In this document: positions 27,176-39,733 of the stretch, piece after piece
How positions within the stretch are numbered: position 1 is the stretch's first letter
Layout: the number at the start of each line of letters is the position of its first letter
Origin: Kiloniellales bacterium
GTDB lineage: Bacteria > Pseudomonadota > Alphaproteobacteria > Kiloniellales > J153
Length of the DNA: 48,212 bases
Assembly: GCA_036444495.1 (NCBI GenBank)
Contig: JAZGBC010000059.1
Coordinates: 1-48,212 of the forward strand
Reading direction: 5' to 3'
Made by a program: the position numbers and the translations under genes
The notes under the pieces: model-generated
The model's input: only the letters and a program-made list of their open reading frames with translations
What the model was told of the DNA's origin: nothing
The model's database searches: none

Positions 27176-29206
27176 CTAGGGATCTGTGCGCGAACGTAGG
27201 CGCCTTGCAACGGCATCACTGCCGCCGCTTTTGTCCGCAGAATTGCCCAACGAACGCAGGATGCGCGCGATCAGGCCGCCGCCTTTGTCCGCATCGATGT
27301 CCGCCACCGCGGGCCCGCCGCCGGGCAGCGGGCGCGCCGCCAGGCCCTGGTGCGCGCGGATCATGATCCGGCCCCACAGCCGGGCGGGCAGGGAACCGCC
27401 GGTCACCCCCTTGGTCGGCGTTCCGTCGTCGTTGCCCAGCCAGACGCCGCCCACGAAGTCCGCGGTGAAGCCGATGAACCAGGCGTCGCGGAACTCCTGG
27501 CTGGTGCCGGTCTTGCCGGCGGCCGGGCGGCCGGGGTCGGCGGCCTTGCCGCTGCCCCAGGCCACCGTCGCGCCCATGAGGTTGGTCATGCGGTCCACCT
27601 CGCGCGGCGCCACGACCCGGCCGGGCCCGCCGCCCGCGCGGCGGTAGAGCAGATCGCCGTCCGTCCCGCGAATCTCCTCGATGCCATAGGGCCAGACCCC
27701 GAATCCCCGGTTGGCGAAGACCGCATAGGCCCCCGTGAGCTCGATCAGCGTCACCTCCGAGGCGCCCAGCGCGATGCTCGGGCCCGGATCCAGCTTCGAG
27801 GTGATGCCCAGACGCCGCGCCGCGGCCGCGACCTTGCCGCGCCCGCTGCGCTCGCTCAGCCGCACGGCCACGGAATTGAGCGAGCGGGCGAAGGCCTCGC
27901 GCAGGGTGACCCGGCCATAGTAGCGCCCGTTGTAGTTCCTGGGCTTCCATCCATCGACCGTGACCGGCGCGTCGGGCAAATGGTCGTCGGGCTTGAAGCC
28001 CTGTTCCAGACCGGCCAGGTAGACGAAGGCCTTGAAGGCCGAACCCGGTTGGCGCAAAGCCTGGGTGGCGCGGTTGAACTGGCTTGCGTCGTAGCTGCGG
28101 CCGCCCACCATGGCGCGCACGGCCCCATCGGGGCTCATGACCAGCGCCGCCCCCTGGGAAACGCCCCGGGCCGCTCCTTCGACCTCCAGGAGCGCGGCCA
28201 ACTCCTCCTCGACGATGCTCTGGTGATAGGGGTTGAGCGTGGTGATGACCGTCAGGTCCTCCTCGACGGCGCCCAGGTAGCTCCGCACCTGGGCCATCAC
28301 CCAGTCGGCGAAGTAGCGCGCCTGGGCCCCGGCCACCGCCCGCCCGCGGGTCTTTGCCGCGCCGGCGCGCCGGGCCCGGGCATCGGTGATGAAGCCCGCC
28401 TTCGCCATGGCGCCGAGCACCAGCGCCGTGCGTTTCGCCGCCCGGTTCCTGTTGCGCGCCGGGCTGTAGCGCGTGGGCGCCTTCAGCAACCCGGCCAGCT
28501 GCGCCGCCTCGTACAGCGACACCGCGGCCGCCGGCTTGCCGAAATAGCGCCGCGCGGCGGCGTCCACCCCATAGGTGCCCGCCCCCAGGTAGACCCGGTT
28601 GAGATAGAGCGAGAGGATCTGCTCCTTGCTGAACTTGCGCTCCAGCCACAGGGCCAGCAGGGCCTCTTGAATCTTGCGCTTTACGGTGCGCTCGGGGGTC
28701 AGGAACAGGTTCTTGGCGAGCTGCTGGGTGATGGTCGAGCCGCCCTGGACGATGCGCCCGGCGCGCAGGTTGGCGAGCATGGCGCGCGCGATACCCCAGG
28801 GGTCCACACCCATGTGCGCGTAGAAACGCCTGTCCTCCACCGCGAGCACGGCCTGGATCAGATGCGGCGGCAGATCGCGCACCTGAACCCTTTCGCCGTA
28901 GATATCGCCGTAGGTGGCCAGGAGCGTCCCGTCGGCGGCCATGACCGTGACGCTGGGCTGGCGCGCCATGCGCCCCAGATCGTCCACCTCGGGCAGGCCG
29001 TAGGCGTACCAGGCGATCACCCCGGTCAGCAGCACCGCGGCCCAGATGGCCGCGCTGCCGCCCCAGACGATGGTCCGCCTGAGCCAGCGTCCGCGCCGCG
29101 CGCCCTTCTTGGCCTTCTTGGGCTTGGGACGCCCGGCCGTCGTACGGCGTCCGGCCTTGCCCCGGCCCTGGCTATCGGCGCGCTGCTGTCTTCGCTTGAG
29201 GAACAT
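27176..29206 (-). CDS. Class A penicillin-binding protein (glycosyltransferase + transpeptidase)
   Basis: GT51 motifs EDRRFYAH and GGSTITQQLAKN. Transpeptidase motifs SAFK, SLN and KTGT. N-terminal TM anchor. ATG 29206, with a GTG one codon upstream. Confidence 0.9.
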   Translation of the reverse strand: MFLKRRQQRADSQGRGKAGRRTTAGRPKPKKAKKGARRGRWLRRTIVWGGSAAIWAAVLLTGVIAWYAYGLPEVDDLGRMARQPSVTVMAADGTLLATYGDIYGERVQVRDLPPHLIQAVLAVEDRRFYAHMGVDPWGIARAMLANLRAGRIVQGGSTITQQLAKNLFLTPERTVKRKIQEALLALWLERKFSKEQILSLYLNRVYLGAGTYGVDAAARRYFGKPAAAVSLYEAAQLAGLLKAPTRYSPARNRNRAAKRTALVLGAMAKAGFITDARARRAGAAKTRGRAVAGAQARYFADWVMAQVRSYLGAVEEDLTVITTLNPYHQSIVEEELAALLEVEGAARGVSQGAALVMSPDGAVRAMVGGRSYDASQFNRATQALRQPGSAFKAFVYLAGLEQGFKPDDHLPDAPVTVDGWKPRNYNGRYYGRVTLREAFARSLNSVAVRLSERSGRGKVAAAARRLGITSKLDPGPSIALGASEVTLIELTGAYAVFANRGFGVWPYGIEEIRGTDGDLLYRRAGGGPGRVVAPREVDRMTNLMGATVAWGSGKAADPGRPAAGKTGTSQEFRDAWFIGFTADFVGGVWLGNDDGTPTKGVTGGSLPARLWGRIMIRAHQGLAARPLPGGGPAVADIDADKGGGLIARILRSLGNSADKSGGSDAVARRLRSRTDP

Positions 29207-29299
29207 CACACAATACTTAGGAGAGCGGCCCGAGTCGCGCCAGAAATCCGGGCGAATCCGGGGGAAAGACGGCGCGTTTCATGACGCGCGGCGCCCAGC

Positions 29300-33066
<3,767 letters not shown>

Positions 33067-33086
33067 TGCTTAAGACCTGGCGCGCC

Positions 33087-34205
33087 TCAGACCCGCATGG
33101 GCATGAGCACGTAAAGCGCGCTCGAATCCGACTGATCGCTGACCACCGTGGGGGAAGCGGAATCAGACAGCTTGAATTGGGCCAACTCGCCCTCGATCTG
33201 CTGGGCGATATCCAAGAGATAGCGGGAGTTGAAGCCGATCTCGATCTCCGGGCCGCCGTATTGGATCGCCACCTCCTCGGTCGCCGAGCCGCTTTCCGGG
33301 CTGCTGGCCGACAGGGTGATGCCGTCCCCCTGGATCACCAGCTTGACCGCCCGGCTCTTCTCCGAAGAGATGGTGGAAACCCGGTCGACCGCCTCGGCGA
33401 AATCCTTGCAGTGCACCTCGACGATCTTGTCGTTGCCCGACGGGATCACCCGCTCGTAGTCCGGAAAGGTGCCGTCGATCAGCTTGGAGGTGAGCAGGGT
33501 CTCATCGAAGGTGAAGCGGATCTTGGTATCCGACAGGGACACCTGGATCGGCTCGTCGGTCTCGTCGATCAGCTTGCGCAGTTCGAGGACCGTCTTGCGC
33601 GGGATGATGACGCCGGGCATGTCCGCCGCGCCGTCGGGTAACGGCATCTCGAAGCGCGCCAGGCGGTGCCCGTCGGTGGCCACCGCGCGCAGCACCGGAA
33701 TACCGTTGGACTCGGTGGCGTGCAGATAAATCCCGTTCAGGTAATAGCGCGTCTCCTCGGTGGAGATGGCGAAACGGGTCCGGTCCACGATGTGCTTCAG
33801 CTCGCCCACCTGCAGGGTGAAGGAATGGGGCAGGTCCGCCTCGCCCATGGCCGGGAAGTCCTCCTTGGGCAGGGTGGAGAGCGTGAAGTGCGAGCGGCCC
33901 GCCTCCACGGTGATCTGCCCGCCGTCGCCCGCCGATTCGATCTTGACCTGCGAGCCTTCGGGCAGCTTGCGGACGATATCGTAGAAGGTATGGGCGGGCG
34001 CGGTGGCCGAGCCGGGATCGGAAACCTCGGCGGCCACCGCATCGACGATGGTCAGGTCCATGTCGGTGGCGGTCAGCGACAGCTTGCCGCCCTCCACATC
34101 GATGAGGACGTTGGACAGGATCGGTATTGTGTTGCGCCGCTCGACAACGCTCTGGACGTGGGCCAGGGTTTTCAAGAGCGCCGCGCGTTCTATTGTCAGC
34201 TTCAT
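33087..34205 (-). CDS. dnaN: DNA polymerase III beta sliding clamp
   Basis: MKLTIERAALLKTLAHVQSVVERRNTIPILSNVLI... from ATG 34205, the internal Met of track ORF 33087..34349. 372 aa. Confidence 0.95.
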   Translation of the reverse strand: MKLTIERAALLKTLAHVQSVVERRNTIPILSNVLIDVEGGKLSLTATDMDLTIVDAVAAEVSDPGSATAPAHTFYDIVRKLPEGSQVKIESAGDGGQITVEAGRSHFTLSTLPKEDFPAMGEADLPHSFTLQVGELKHIVDRTRFAISTEETRYYLNGIYLHATESNGIPVLRAVATDGHRLARFEMPLPDGAADMPGVIIPRKTVLELRKLIDETDEPIQVSLSDTKIRFTFDETLLTSKLIDGTFPDYERVIPSGNDKIVEVHCKDFAEAVDRVSTISSEKSRAVKLVIQGDGITLSASSPESGSATEEVAIQYGGPEIEIGFNSRYLLDIAQQIEGELAQFKLSDSASPTVVSDQSDSSALYVLMPMRV

Positions 34206-34546
34206 GGCCTTCGATAAGTCTCTTCGGGTGTGACGGAACCGGCGGCCCGGCCCCTTCCGGGGCCCGCCGACAGCCAACCGACCCGAGGTTGCTGGGCTAC
34301 TTCTGCGCCGCTTGGCGGAGAGTGCGTTGCGCCACCCTCGAAACGGCAACGCAGTATAGCGCGGCGGCGCACAAAGCGTAAGCTTTTAGCGCGGTTAGGG
34401 GGATTTTCTCGGGGGCCCTCCGGCCCCCCCGGCGAGCCCCGAATTGCGGCCCCACGGGGTTGCCGGGATCGCCCGCCGCCGACAGCCAAAAGGCGGGCCG
34501 AGAGTGCGGTTTCGCGGCTTTTCGTCCTATAGAGCCGGACCGGCGG

Positions 34547-35962
34547 TTAGGCCTCGAGCATGCGGCGCAGCAGCTCGATGTCCTCGGCGAAGGTGGGATC
34601 GGTGGATTTCAGCTCCTCGACCTTGCGCACCGCGTGCATGACGGTGGTGTGGTCGCGGCCGCCGAATTTCCGGCCGATTTCGGGCAGCGAGCGCGAAGTG
34701 AGCTGCTTGGACAGGTACATGGCGACCTGCCGGGGGCGGGCCACGGCGCGCGCGCGGCGGGCCGAGTGCATATCGGTGATCCGCACGTTGAAATGCTCTG
34801 AGACGCGCTTCTGGATCTCCTCGATGGTCACCCGGCGATCGTTGGCGCGCAGCAGGTCGTGCAGCACTTCCTGGGTCGATTCCAGGGTAATGGGCCGGCC
34901 CACCAGGGTGGTGTGCGCCACGATCCGGTTGAGCGCCCCCTCCAGTTCGCGAACGTTGGAGGTGATCTTGTGCGCCAGGAACTCCAGCACCTTGGAAGGT
35001 ATCTCGGTCTTGGTCTGCTCGGCCTTGGACTGCAGGATGCCCAGGCGCAGTTCGTAGGTCGTGGGGTGAATGTCGGCGACCAGCCCCCAGCCCAGGCGCG
35101 AGCGCATGCGCTCCTCCACACCCTCCAGGTCGGACGGGCTCTTGTCGGCGGAGATCACTACCTGCCGGTTCTGATCCACCAGCGCATTGAAGGTATGGAA
35201 GAACTCCTCCTGGGTGGCCTCGCGCCCACCGATGAATTGCACGTCGTCGATCATAAGCACGTCGACCGTGCGGAACTGCTCCTTGAAGGCCATGGTGTCC
35301 TTGGTTCTGAGCGCACGCACGAACTGGTACATGAACTTTTCGGCCGAGAGATAGATGATCCGCCGGTCCGGGTTGCGCGCCTTGATCTCCCAGGCGATGG
35401 CGTGCATGAGGTGGGTCTTGCCCAGACCCACCGGCCCATAGAGGAACAGCGGATTGAAAGGCACCACGCGGGCCTCGGCCACGCGCCGCGCGGCGGCATA
35501 GGCCAGTTCGTTGGGCTTGCCGACCACAAAATCCTCGAAGGTGAAGCGCTCGTCGAGCGGCGCGTTCAAATCGCGGTAGGCGGCCTCGTTCTCCGTCGGC
35601 ACGGAATGCGCGGCCGTGGGGGCCGCGGCCACAGGCCGCCCTTCGCGTACGGGCTTCGTCTCGGGCGCGCAGTTGGGCTTGGGCACCGGGCGCTCGGGCG
35701 GCCGGACGACGATCTCGATGCGCGAGACATTATCGGCCTCGTCCTGCCAAAGCGCCTGAATGCGCTCGGCATAGTTACTGATCACCCAATCGCGCATGAA
35801 GCGCGTGGGCACAGCCATGCGCACGGCGCCTTGCTTGACGCTGACCAGCGTCAAGGGCTTGAGCCAACTGCGGAATGCGTTTTCCCCTACTTCCGCGCGC
35901 AGGCGTCCCCGGACCCGCGCCCAAGACTCGTCGACGAGGGCGTCATCTACGACACCGACCAT
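34547..35962 (-). CDS. dnaA: Chromosomal replication initiator DnaA
   Basis: Walker [14 protein letters not shown], Walker B IDDVQF, C-terminal DNA-binding block [12 protein letters not shown] at 35962, with a TTG two codons upstream. Confidence 0.95.
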   Translation of the reverse strand: MVGVVDDALVDESWARVRGRLRAEVGENAFRSWLKPLTLVSVKQGAVRMAVPTRFMRDWVISNYAERIQALWQDEADNVSRIEIVVRPPERPVPKPNCAPETKPVREGRPVAAAPTAAHSVPTENEAAYRDLNAPLDERFTFEDFVVGKPNELAYAAARRVAEARVVPFNPLFLYGPVGLGKTHLMHAIAWEIKARNPDRRIIYLSAEKFMYQFVRALRTKDTMAFKEQFRTVDVLMIDDVQFIGGREATQEEFFHTFNALVDQNRQVVISADKSPSDLEGVEERMRSRLGWGLVADIHPTTYELRLGILQSKAEQTKTEIPSKVLEFLAHKITSNVRELEGALNRIVAHTTLVGRPITLESTQEVLHDLLRANDRRVTIEEIQKRVSEHFNVRITDMHSARRARAVARPRQVAMYLSKQLTSRSLPEIGRKFGGRDHTTVMHAVRKVEELKSTDPTFAEDIELLRRMLEA

Positions 35963-36718
35963 CTGCAAAACCCCCGATGCTCCTGCAGCCTCCCGATCCG
36001 GCCGCGCCGGATCGACTCCGACCGGCGTAGACCCCCCCGGGAAACGCCAGCACTCTTCTTAAGCTTACGCTCGGGTCGAACCGCAGGAATATTCCTCCTC
36101 GCGCGCCACACGATCTCACGCCAAAACCAATTTGCGGTACTAGCGACGACCCCGAAAACGGAAGATCGCGAGCATTCAACATTCTGCGACACAGGTTTGG
36201 ACTGCCCTGTTTTCCGTGACCCGACATACTTCGCGGGCGCCAATAAAGTTACTTGATCGCCCCACGAGAAATATTAGTGAAAACCGGTTGTGTCCCCGTC
36301 TTTGAGCCTACTTTTAAGACGCATTTTCAACATATCTATTTCGCAGGCCCTTTTTTTATTATAACTCACGTCAAATTTATTCTACTTGACGCTCTTAGAG
36401 CGTACTCACCCACTGTACCCGCCGGGGGCATTCGTGACAAGCGGATCGAAAAGAGAACGGACATTTTTTTGCCGCTTGGAGTCGTGTGATGCAACGTTGC
36501 AACAGATTTGCTTTTAACAATCGGCACGCGACTTTCGATTCTTGTCTCCATCAATCCAAACCCGATTCCCCTGTTCCGTTTATACGATGTGAAAGAATTT
36601 TTCCAGCAAGTGCGCACTGGCGCAATTGGGGTGCCACTCGCCGGCATACAAAACCCGGCGCGGTGTGTTCCCGCGATCCAGGATGGAAGTTGATGGAAGG
36701 CGTCCGTCCGCGACAATG
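35963..36718. promoter_or_regulatory. AT-rich non-coding region upstream of dnaA (dnaA promoter region; possible origin-associated sequences)
   Basis: About 750 bp with no convincing ORF. Visibly lower GC than the flanks, with T/A runs such as CCCTTTTTTTATTATAAC at 36348-36365 and ACATTTTTTTG at 36461-36471. Contains the 12-bp palindrome TGCAACGTTGCA at 36490-36501. Confidence 0.4.
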
Positions 36719-36750
36719 AAAAACCGCGCCCGGTCAAACGGGGCGCGGCC
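36719..36750 (-). terminator. Rho-independent terminator of rpsT
   Basis: The minus strand reads GGCCGCGCCCC-GTTTGACC-GGGCGCGG followed by TTTTT. The 8-bp GC stem is 36724-36731 paired with 36741-36748. About 58 nt after the rpsT stop. Confidence 0.8.
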
Positions 36751-36807
36751 AACATTTGCGTGGTGCAATTCAAAGGGCGGTCAAACGTCCCTCCGCCCTC
36801 GGCAAAC

Positions 36808-37071
36808 TCAACTCATCGACTTGATGCGCGCGGACAGGCGCGAGAGTTTGCGCGCAACGGTGTTGCGGTGAAGCAGGCCCGCCTGCGCACCGCGGTGGAG
36901 TTCGGGCTGCGCGGCGTTGAACGCAGCGCGCGCCTCGTCCTGCTTTCCGCCAGCAATGGCAAGGTCCACCTTTTTGACGAAGCTACGGATGCGGCTCATG
37001 CGCGCACCGTTGATCACCGCACGGCGGGCGTTGCGCCGGATCCGCTGCTTGGCGGAAGCATGATTGGCCAT
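36808..37071 (-). CDS. rpsT: 30S ribosomal protein S20
   Basis: [35 protein letters not shown]..., a typical S20. Confidence 0.95.
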   Translation of the reverse strand: MANHASAKQRIRRNARRAVINGARMSRIRSFVKKVDLAIAGGKQDEARAAFNAAQPELHRGAQAGLLHRNTVARKLSRLSARIKSMS

Positions 37072-37234
37072 CGGCTCAACCCATTCTCGGTTTGACTGCT
37101 AGAGGGCCGGGGTTATAGCCCCCGCCCCGCGCAGCGTCAAGCGCCCCGGGCATGGGGACGGGGGGCCGTATGGAAGGGCTTGTGCCGGGGCGGGGCATAT
37201 AAGCATAAGCCATTGAAATAGAATGAGTATTATT

Positions 37235-38011
37235 CTAACGCTGCTTCCATTTTGCTGGCCGCTTCTCGGTGAATGCGGTCATGCCTTCCTTGCGGTCCTC
37301 GATGGCGAAGGTGGCGTGGAAGGAACGGCGCTCGAACCTGATGCCCTCGGCCAGCGTCGTCTCGTAGGCCCGGTTGACCGCCTCCTTGGCCATCATGACG
37401 ATGGGCTGCGAGAGCGAGGCAATCTGCTCGGCCGTTTTCATGGCCTCGTCCAACAGATCGGATGCCGGCACGACGCGCGCCACCAAACCCGCGCGCTCGG
37501 CCTCCTCCGCATCCATCATGCGGCCCGTCAAGCAAAGCTCCATGGCCTTTGATTTTCCGACGATACGCGTGAGCCGCTGCGTGCCCCCGATACCGGGTAT
37601 GGTTCCGATGGTGATTTCCGGCTGACCGAACTTGGCATTGTCGGCGGCGATGATGATGTCGCACATCATGGCAACCTCGCAGCCGCCGCCGAGCGCATAG
37701 CCCGCGACCGCGGCAATGACGGGCTTGCGCGTTTGCGCGATACGCTCCCAACCCCTTGTAATGAAATCCTCGCAGTAAACCTCGCTGTAGGTCTTGTCCT
37801 TCATCTCCTTGATGTCGGCGCCCGCGGCAAAGGCTTTTTCCGACCCGGTAAGGACGATACAGCCAATCTCTTGATCCGCTTCCAACACATCGAGCGCATC
37901 GCTCAACTCGGTCATGAGGGATGAATTGAGCGCGTTCAATGCTTTCGGTCTGTTGAGCGTAATAAGGCCAACGTTGCCGCGCTTTTCGACAAGAATATTC
38001 TCATAAGCCAT
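37235..38011 (-). CDS. Enoyl-CoA hydratase (crotonase family)
   Basis: Motifs [28 protein letters not shown] and GYALGGGCE. Confidence 0.9.
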   Translation of the reverse strand: MAYENILVEKRGNVGLITLNRPKALNALNSSLMTELSDALDVLEADQEIGCIVLTGSEKAFAAGADIKEMKDKTYSEVYCEDFITRGWERIAQTRKPVIAAVAGYALGGGCEVAMMCDIIIAADNAKFGQPEITIGTIPGIGGTQRLTRIVGKSKAMELCLTGRMMDAEEAERAGLVARVVPASDLLDEAMKTAEQIASLSQPIVMMAKEAVNRAYETTLAEGIRFERRSFHATFAIEDRKEGMTAFTEKRPAKWKQR

Positions 38012-38067
38012 GCGCCTTGCCCTCCAAGTATTACTTTTCGACGGATCGCGGTTTTACTTGCCGCGTT

Positions 38068-38478
38068 TCATTCGGGTTGCAGGGTAAATCGGACGACGAG
38101 CGCGCCCTTGTCTTCCAGGTATATCATCTGAAGCCTCTCGCCTTCCCGGGAGAAGAGGGAGTCGGCCTTGGCCTCCCAGCCAAGCTGGGGCAGCGTGCTC
38201 AGATAGAAGCGAATGACGTCCTCCCGCGCGACCGCGCCCTCGGCGTAGGCCTCCACGATCCGCCCCGAGGCCGTGTCGAAGGTCATGCCCGCATCCGGCA
38301 CCTCCTCGAGCCCCGGCATGAGCGGCAAGTCCGCGACATCCGCCATGAAATCCGGTTTCTCCGCCGCCTGGGCGTTGAGGGGTGAAATGCCGAGGAATCC
38401 CGCCGCGCCCAGCGCAATCAGAAACATCAGGGCAGCCGCGCAGCCGCCGGCAAGGGGGAGTTTTCGGTCTTTTCTCAT
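38068..38478 (-). CDS. Hypothetical exported protein
   Basis: 136 aa with an N-terminal signal/anchor (LPLAGGCAAALMFLIALGAAGFLGISPLNAQAA). No family recognised. Confidence 0.55.
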   Translation of the reverse strand: MRKDRKLPLAGGCAAALMFLIALGAAGFLGISPLNAQAAEKPDFMADVADLPLMPGLEEVPDAGMTFDTASGRIVEAYAEGAVAREDVIRFYLSTLPQLGWEAKADSLFSREGERLQMIYLEDKGALVVRFTLQPE

Positions 38479-38495
38479 GGGCGCATTCTCTACCC

Positions 38496-38528
38496 AGTAC
38501 CCTCTATCACAATAGGATAGAGGGTACT
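38496..38528. repeat. 33-bp perfect palindrome with AGTACCC/GGGTACT termini
   Basis: AGTACCCTCTATC-ACAATAG-GATAGAGGGTACT, a 13-bp stem with a 7-nt loop. Overlaps the mutM stop codon (minus strand reads TAG-TACCC). Confidence 0.8.
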
Positions 38529-39366
38529 AACGCTGGCGCGCGGGACAATAGAAAGTCGAGCGGCCCGACTGCACGATGCGACGGATTCCGCCGCTTTTCG
38601 CCAGGTCACAGGTGCAATCGGGGCAGGCCTCGCCCTCCCGGCCATAGACGGCCCACTCGTGCTGGAAATAGCCCAGCTCGCCGTCGGCCTGCACGTAGTC
38701 GCGCAAGGAGGAGCCGCCGGCCTCGATCGCGCGGGTGAGCACGTCGCGCACCGCCGCGGCCAGGCGTTCGGCGCGCCGGCCCTGGACGCTATAGGCCTGA
38801 CGCCGGGGGGACAGGCCGGCGAAATACAGGCTCTCGCTGACATAGATGTTGCCCAGGCCGGCCAACACGCGCTGGTCCATGAGCGCGGCCTTGATCGGTG
38901 TGCGCTTGCCCTTGAGCCGCGCCGCCAGCACGGGACCGTTGAAATCGTTGGATAAAGGCTCCGGTCCCAGGCCTTCGAGCAGCCGGTGCCCGTGCAGCGC
39001 CGCCTCGGGCACCAGATCCATGATCCCGAAGCGCCGCACGTCGTTGAAACGGATCTCGGCGCCCCGATCGGTCAGGAAGATGACATGATCGTGGGGCCCA
39101 AGCGCCGCACCGTCGCCGTTCAGCACGAGGCGCCCGGACATGCCCAGGTGGCAGAGCAGCACCTCGCCGCCGTCCAGATGGACCAGGATGTACTTGCCGC
39201 GCCGTCCCAGGCGCTCGACCCGGCGCCCGGTCAGGCGTTTGGCGAAGTCCTCGGGCAGGGGAAAGCGCAGGTCCGCGCGGCGCTGGATTACGCGCACCAG
39301 GCGGCGGCCTTCCAGCGTGGGCCGCAGGCCCCGCACGATAGTTTCGACTTCGGGCAACTCGGGCAT
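38527..39366 (-). CDS. mutM: Formamidopyrimidine-DNA glycosylase
   Basis: N-terminal MPELPEVE from ATG 39366, the internal Met of track ORF 38527..39474. C-terminal zinc finger CPDC...16 aa...CPARQ. Confidence 0.95.
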   Translation of the reverse strand: MPELPEVETIVRGLRPTLEGRRLVRVIQRRADLRFPLPEDFAKRLTGRRVERLGRRGKYILVHLDGGEVLLCHLGMSGRLVLNGDGAALGPHDHVIFLTDRGAEIRFNDVRRFGIMDLVPEAALHGHRLLEGLGPEPLSNDFNGPVLAARLKGKRTPIKAALMDQRVLAGLGNIYVSESLYFAGLSPRRQAYSVQGRRAERLAAAVRDVLTRAIEAGGSSLRDYVQADGELGYFQHEWAVYGREGEACPDCTCDLAKSGGIRRIVQSGRSTFYCPARQR

Positions 39367-39463
39367 GGTCGCAGGTGATGTTCGCCGGACGCCGCCGCGC
39401 GAGCGCCGCGCGGAAACCTGGGCGGCACAGTAGCGCGATCCGAACCAGCGCGCTATGGTCCTA

Positions 39464-39731
39464 AGTACCCACAATCATAGGAGGATGGCACGTATGACGG
39501 TCTTGCGGGGTCTCTCGGCTAGGAGCGTGGTCCGACGTGATGCGGGGACATCACGAGGGCCGCGCGACGACGCCCGAAGGGCGTGCAAGGCCGCCCGGAG
39601 GGTCGCTTTTCGCGGCCTCTGGAGAGCGTCATCGCCGCTTGCCGATGTCCCGCATCGCCTGCGCGGCGCTTCCTGCCCAGTGGGCGCGATAAGCCGATCC
39701 TACGTACCATCCTCCTATGATTGTGGGTACT
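39464..39731 (+). repeat. 268-bp palindromic MITE-like / structured-RNA-like element, copy A
   Basis: Left arm AGTACCCACAATCATAGGAGGATGG (39464-39488) and right arm CCATCCTCCTATGATTGTGGGTACT (39707-39731). Conserved core at 39517-39668. Ends 2 nt before the ubiE ATG. Confidence 0.85.
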
Positions 39732-39733
39732 AG

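Noticed and set aside
26872-27219. N-terminal 116-aa extension of track ORF 25657..27219 upstream of the MipZ-like gene.
   Set aside because: The extension is Arg/Pro/Gly-rich and runs into the PBP gene terminus. ATG 26871 is preceded by an AT-rich stretch with GGAAG. A TTG at 26883 remains a possible alternative start.
34206-34546. The 340-bp dnaA-dnaN spacer contains a 12-nt direct repeat GCCGACAGCCAA (about 34268 and 34477).
   Set aside because: It is a single short GC-rich repeat pair with no further structure. This is most simply the dnaN promoter region, and chance repetition is plausible.
36129-36142. TTGCGGTACTAG in the dnaA upstream region resembles the right terminus (TTGTGGGTACTAG) of the 268-bp element.
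   Set aside because: The match is short and imperfect, with no partner arm nearby. It could easily be chance.
36014-36568. GANTC (CcrM) site enrichment upstream of dnaA as a stand-alone regulatory claim.
   Set aside because: Four sites in about 830 bp is roughly the chance expectation. Only the local cluster of three is suggestive, so it is folded into the dnaA-upstream finding at low weight.
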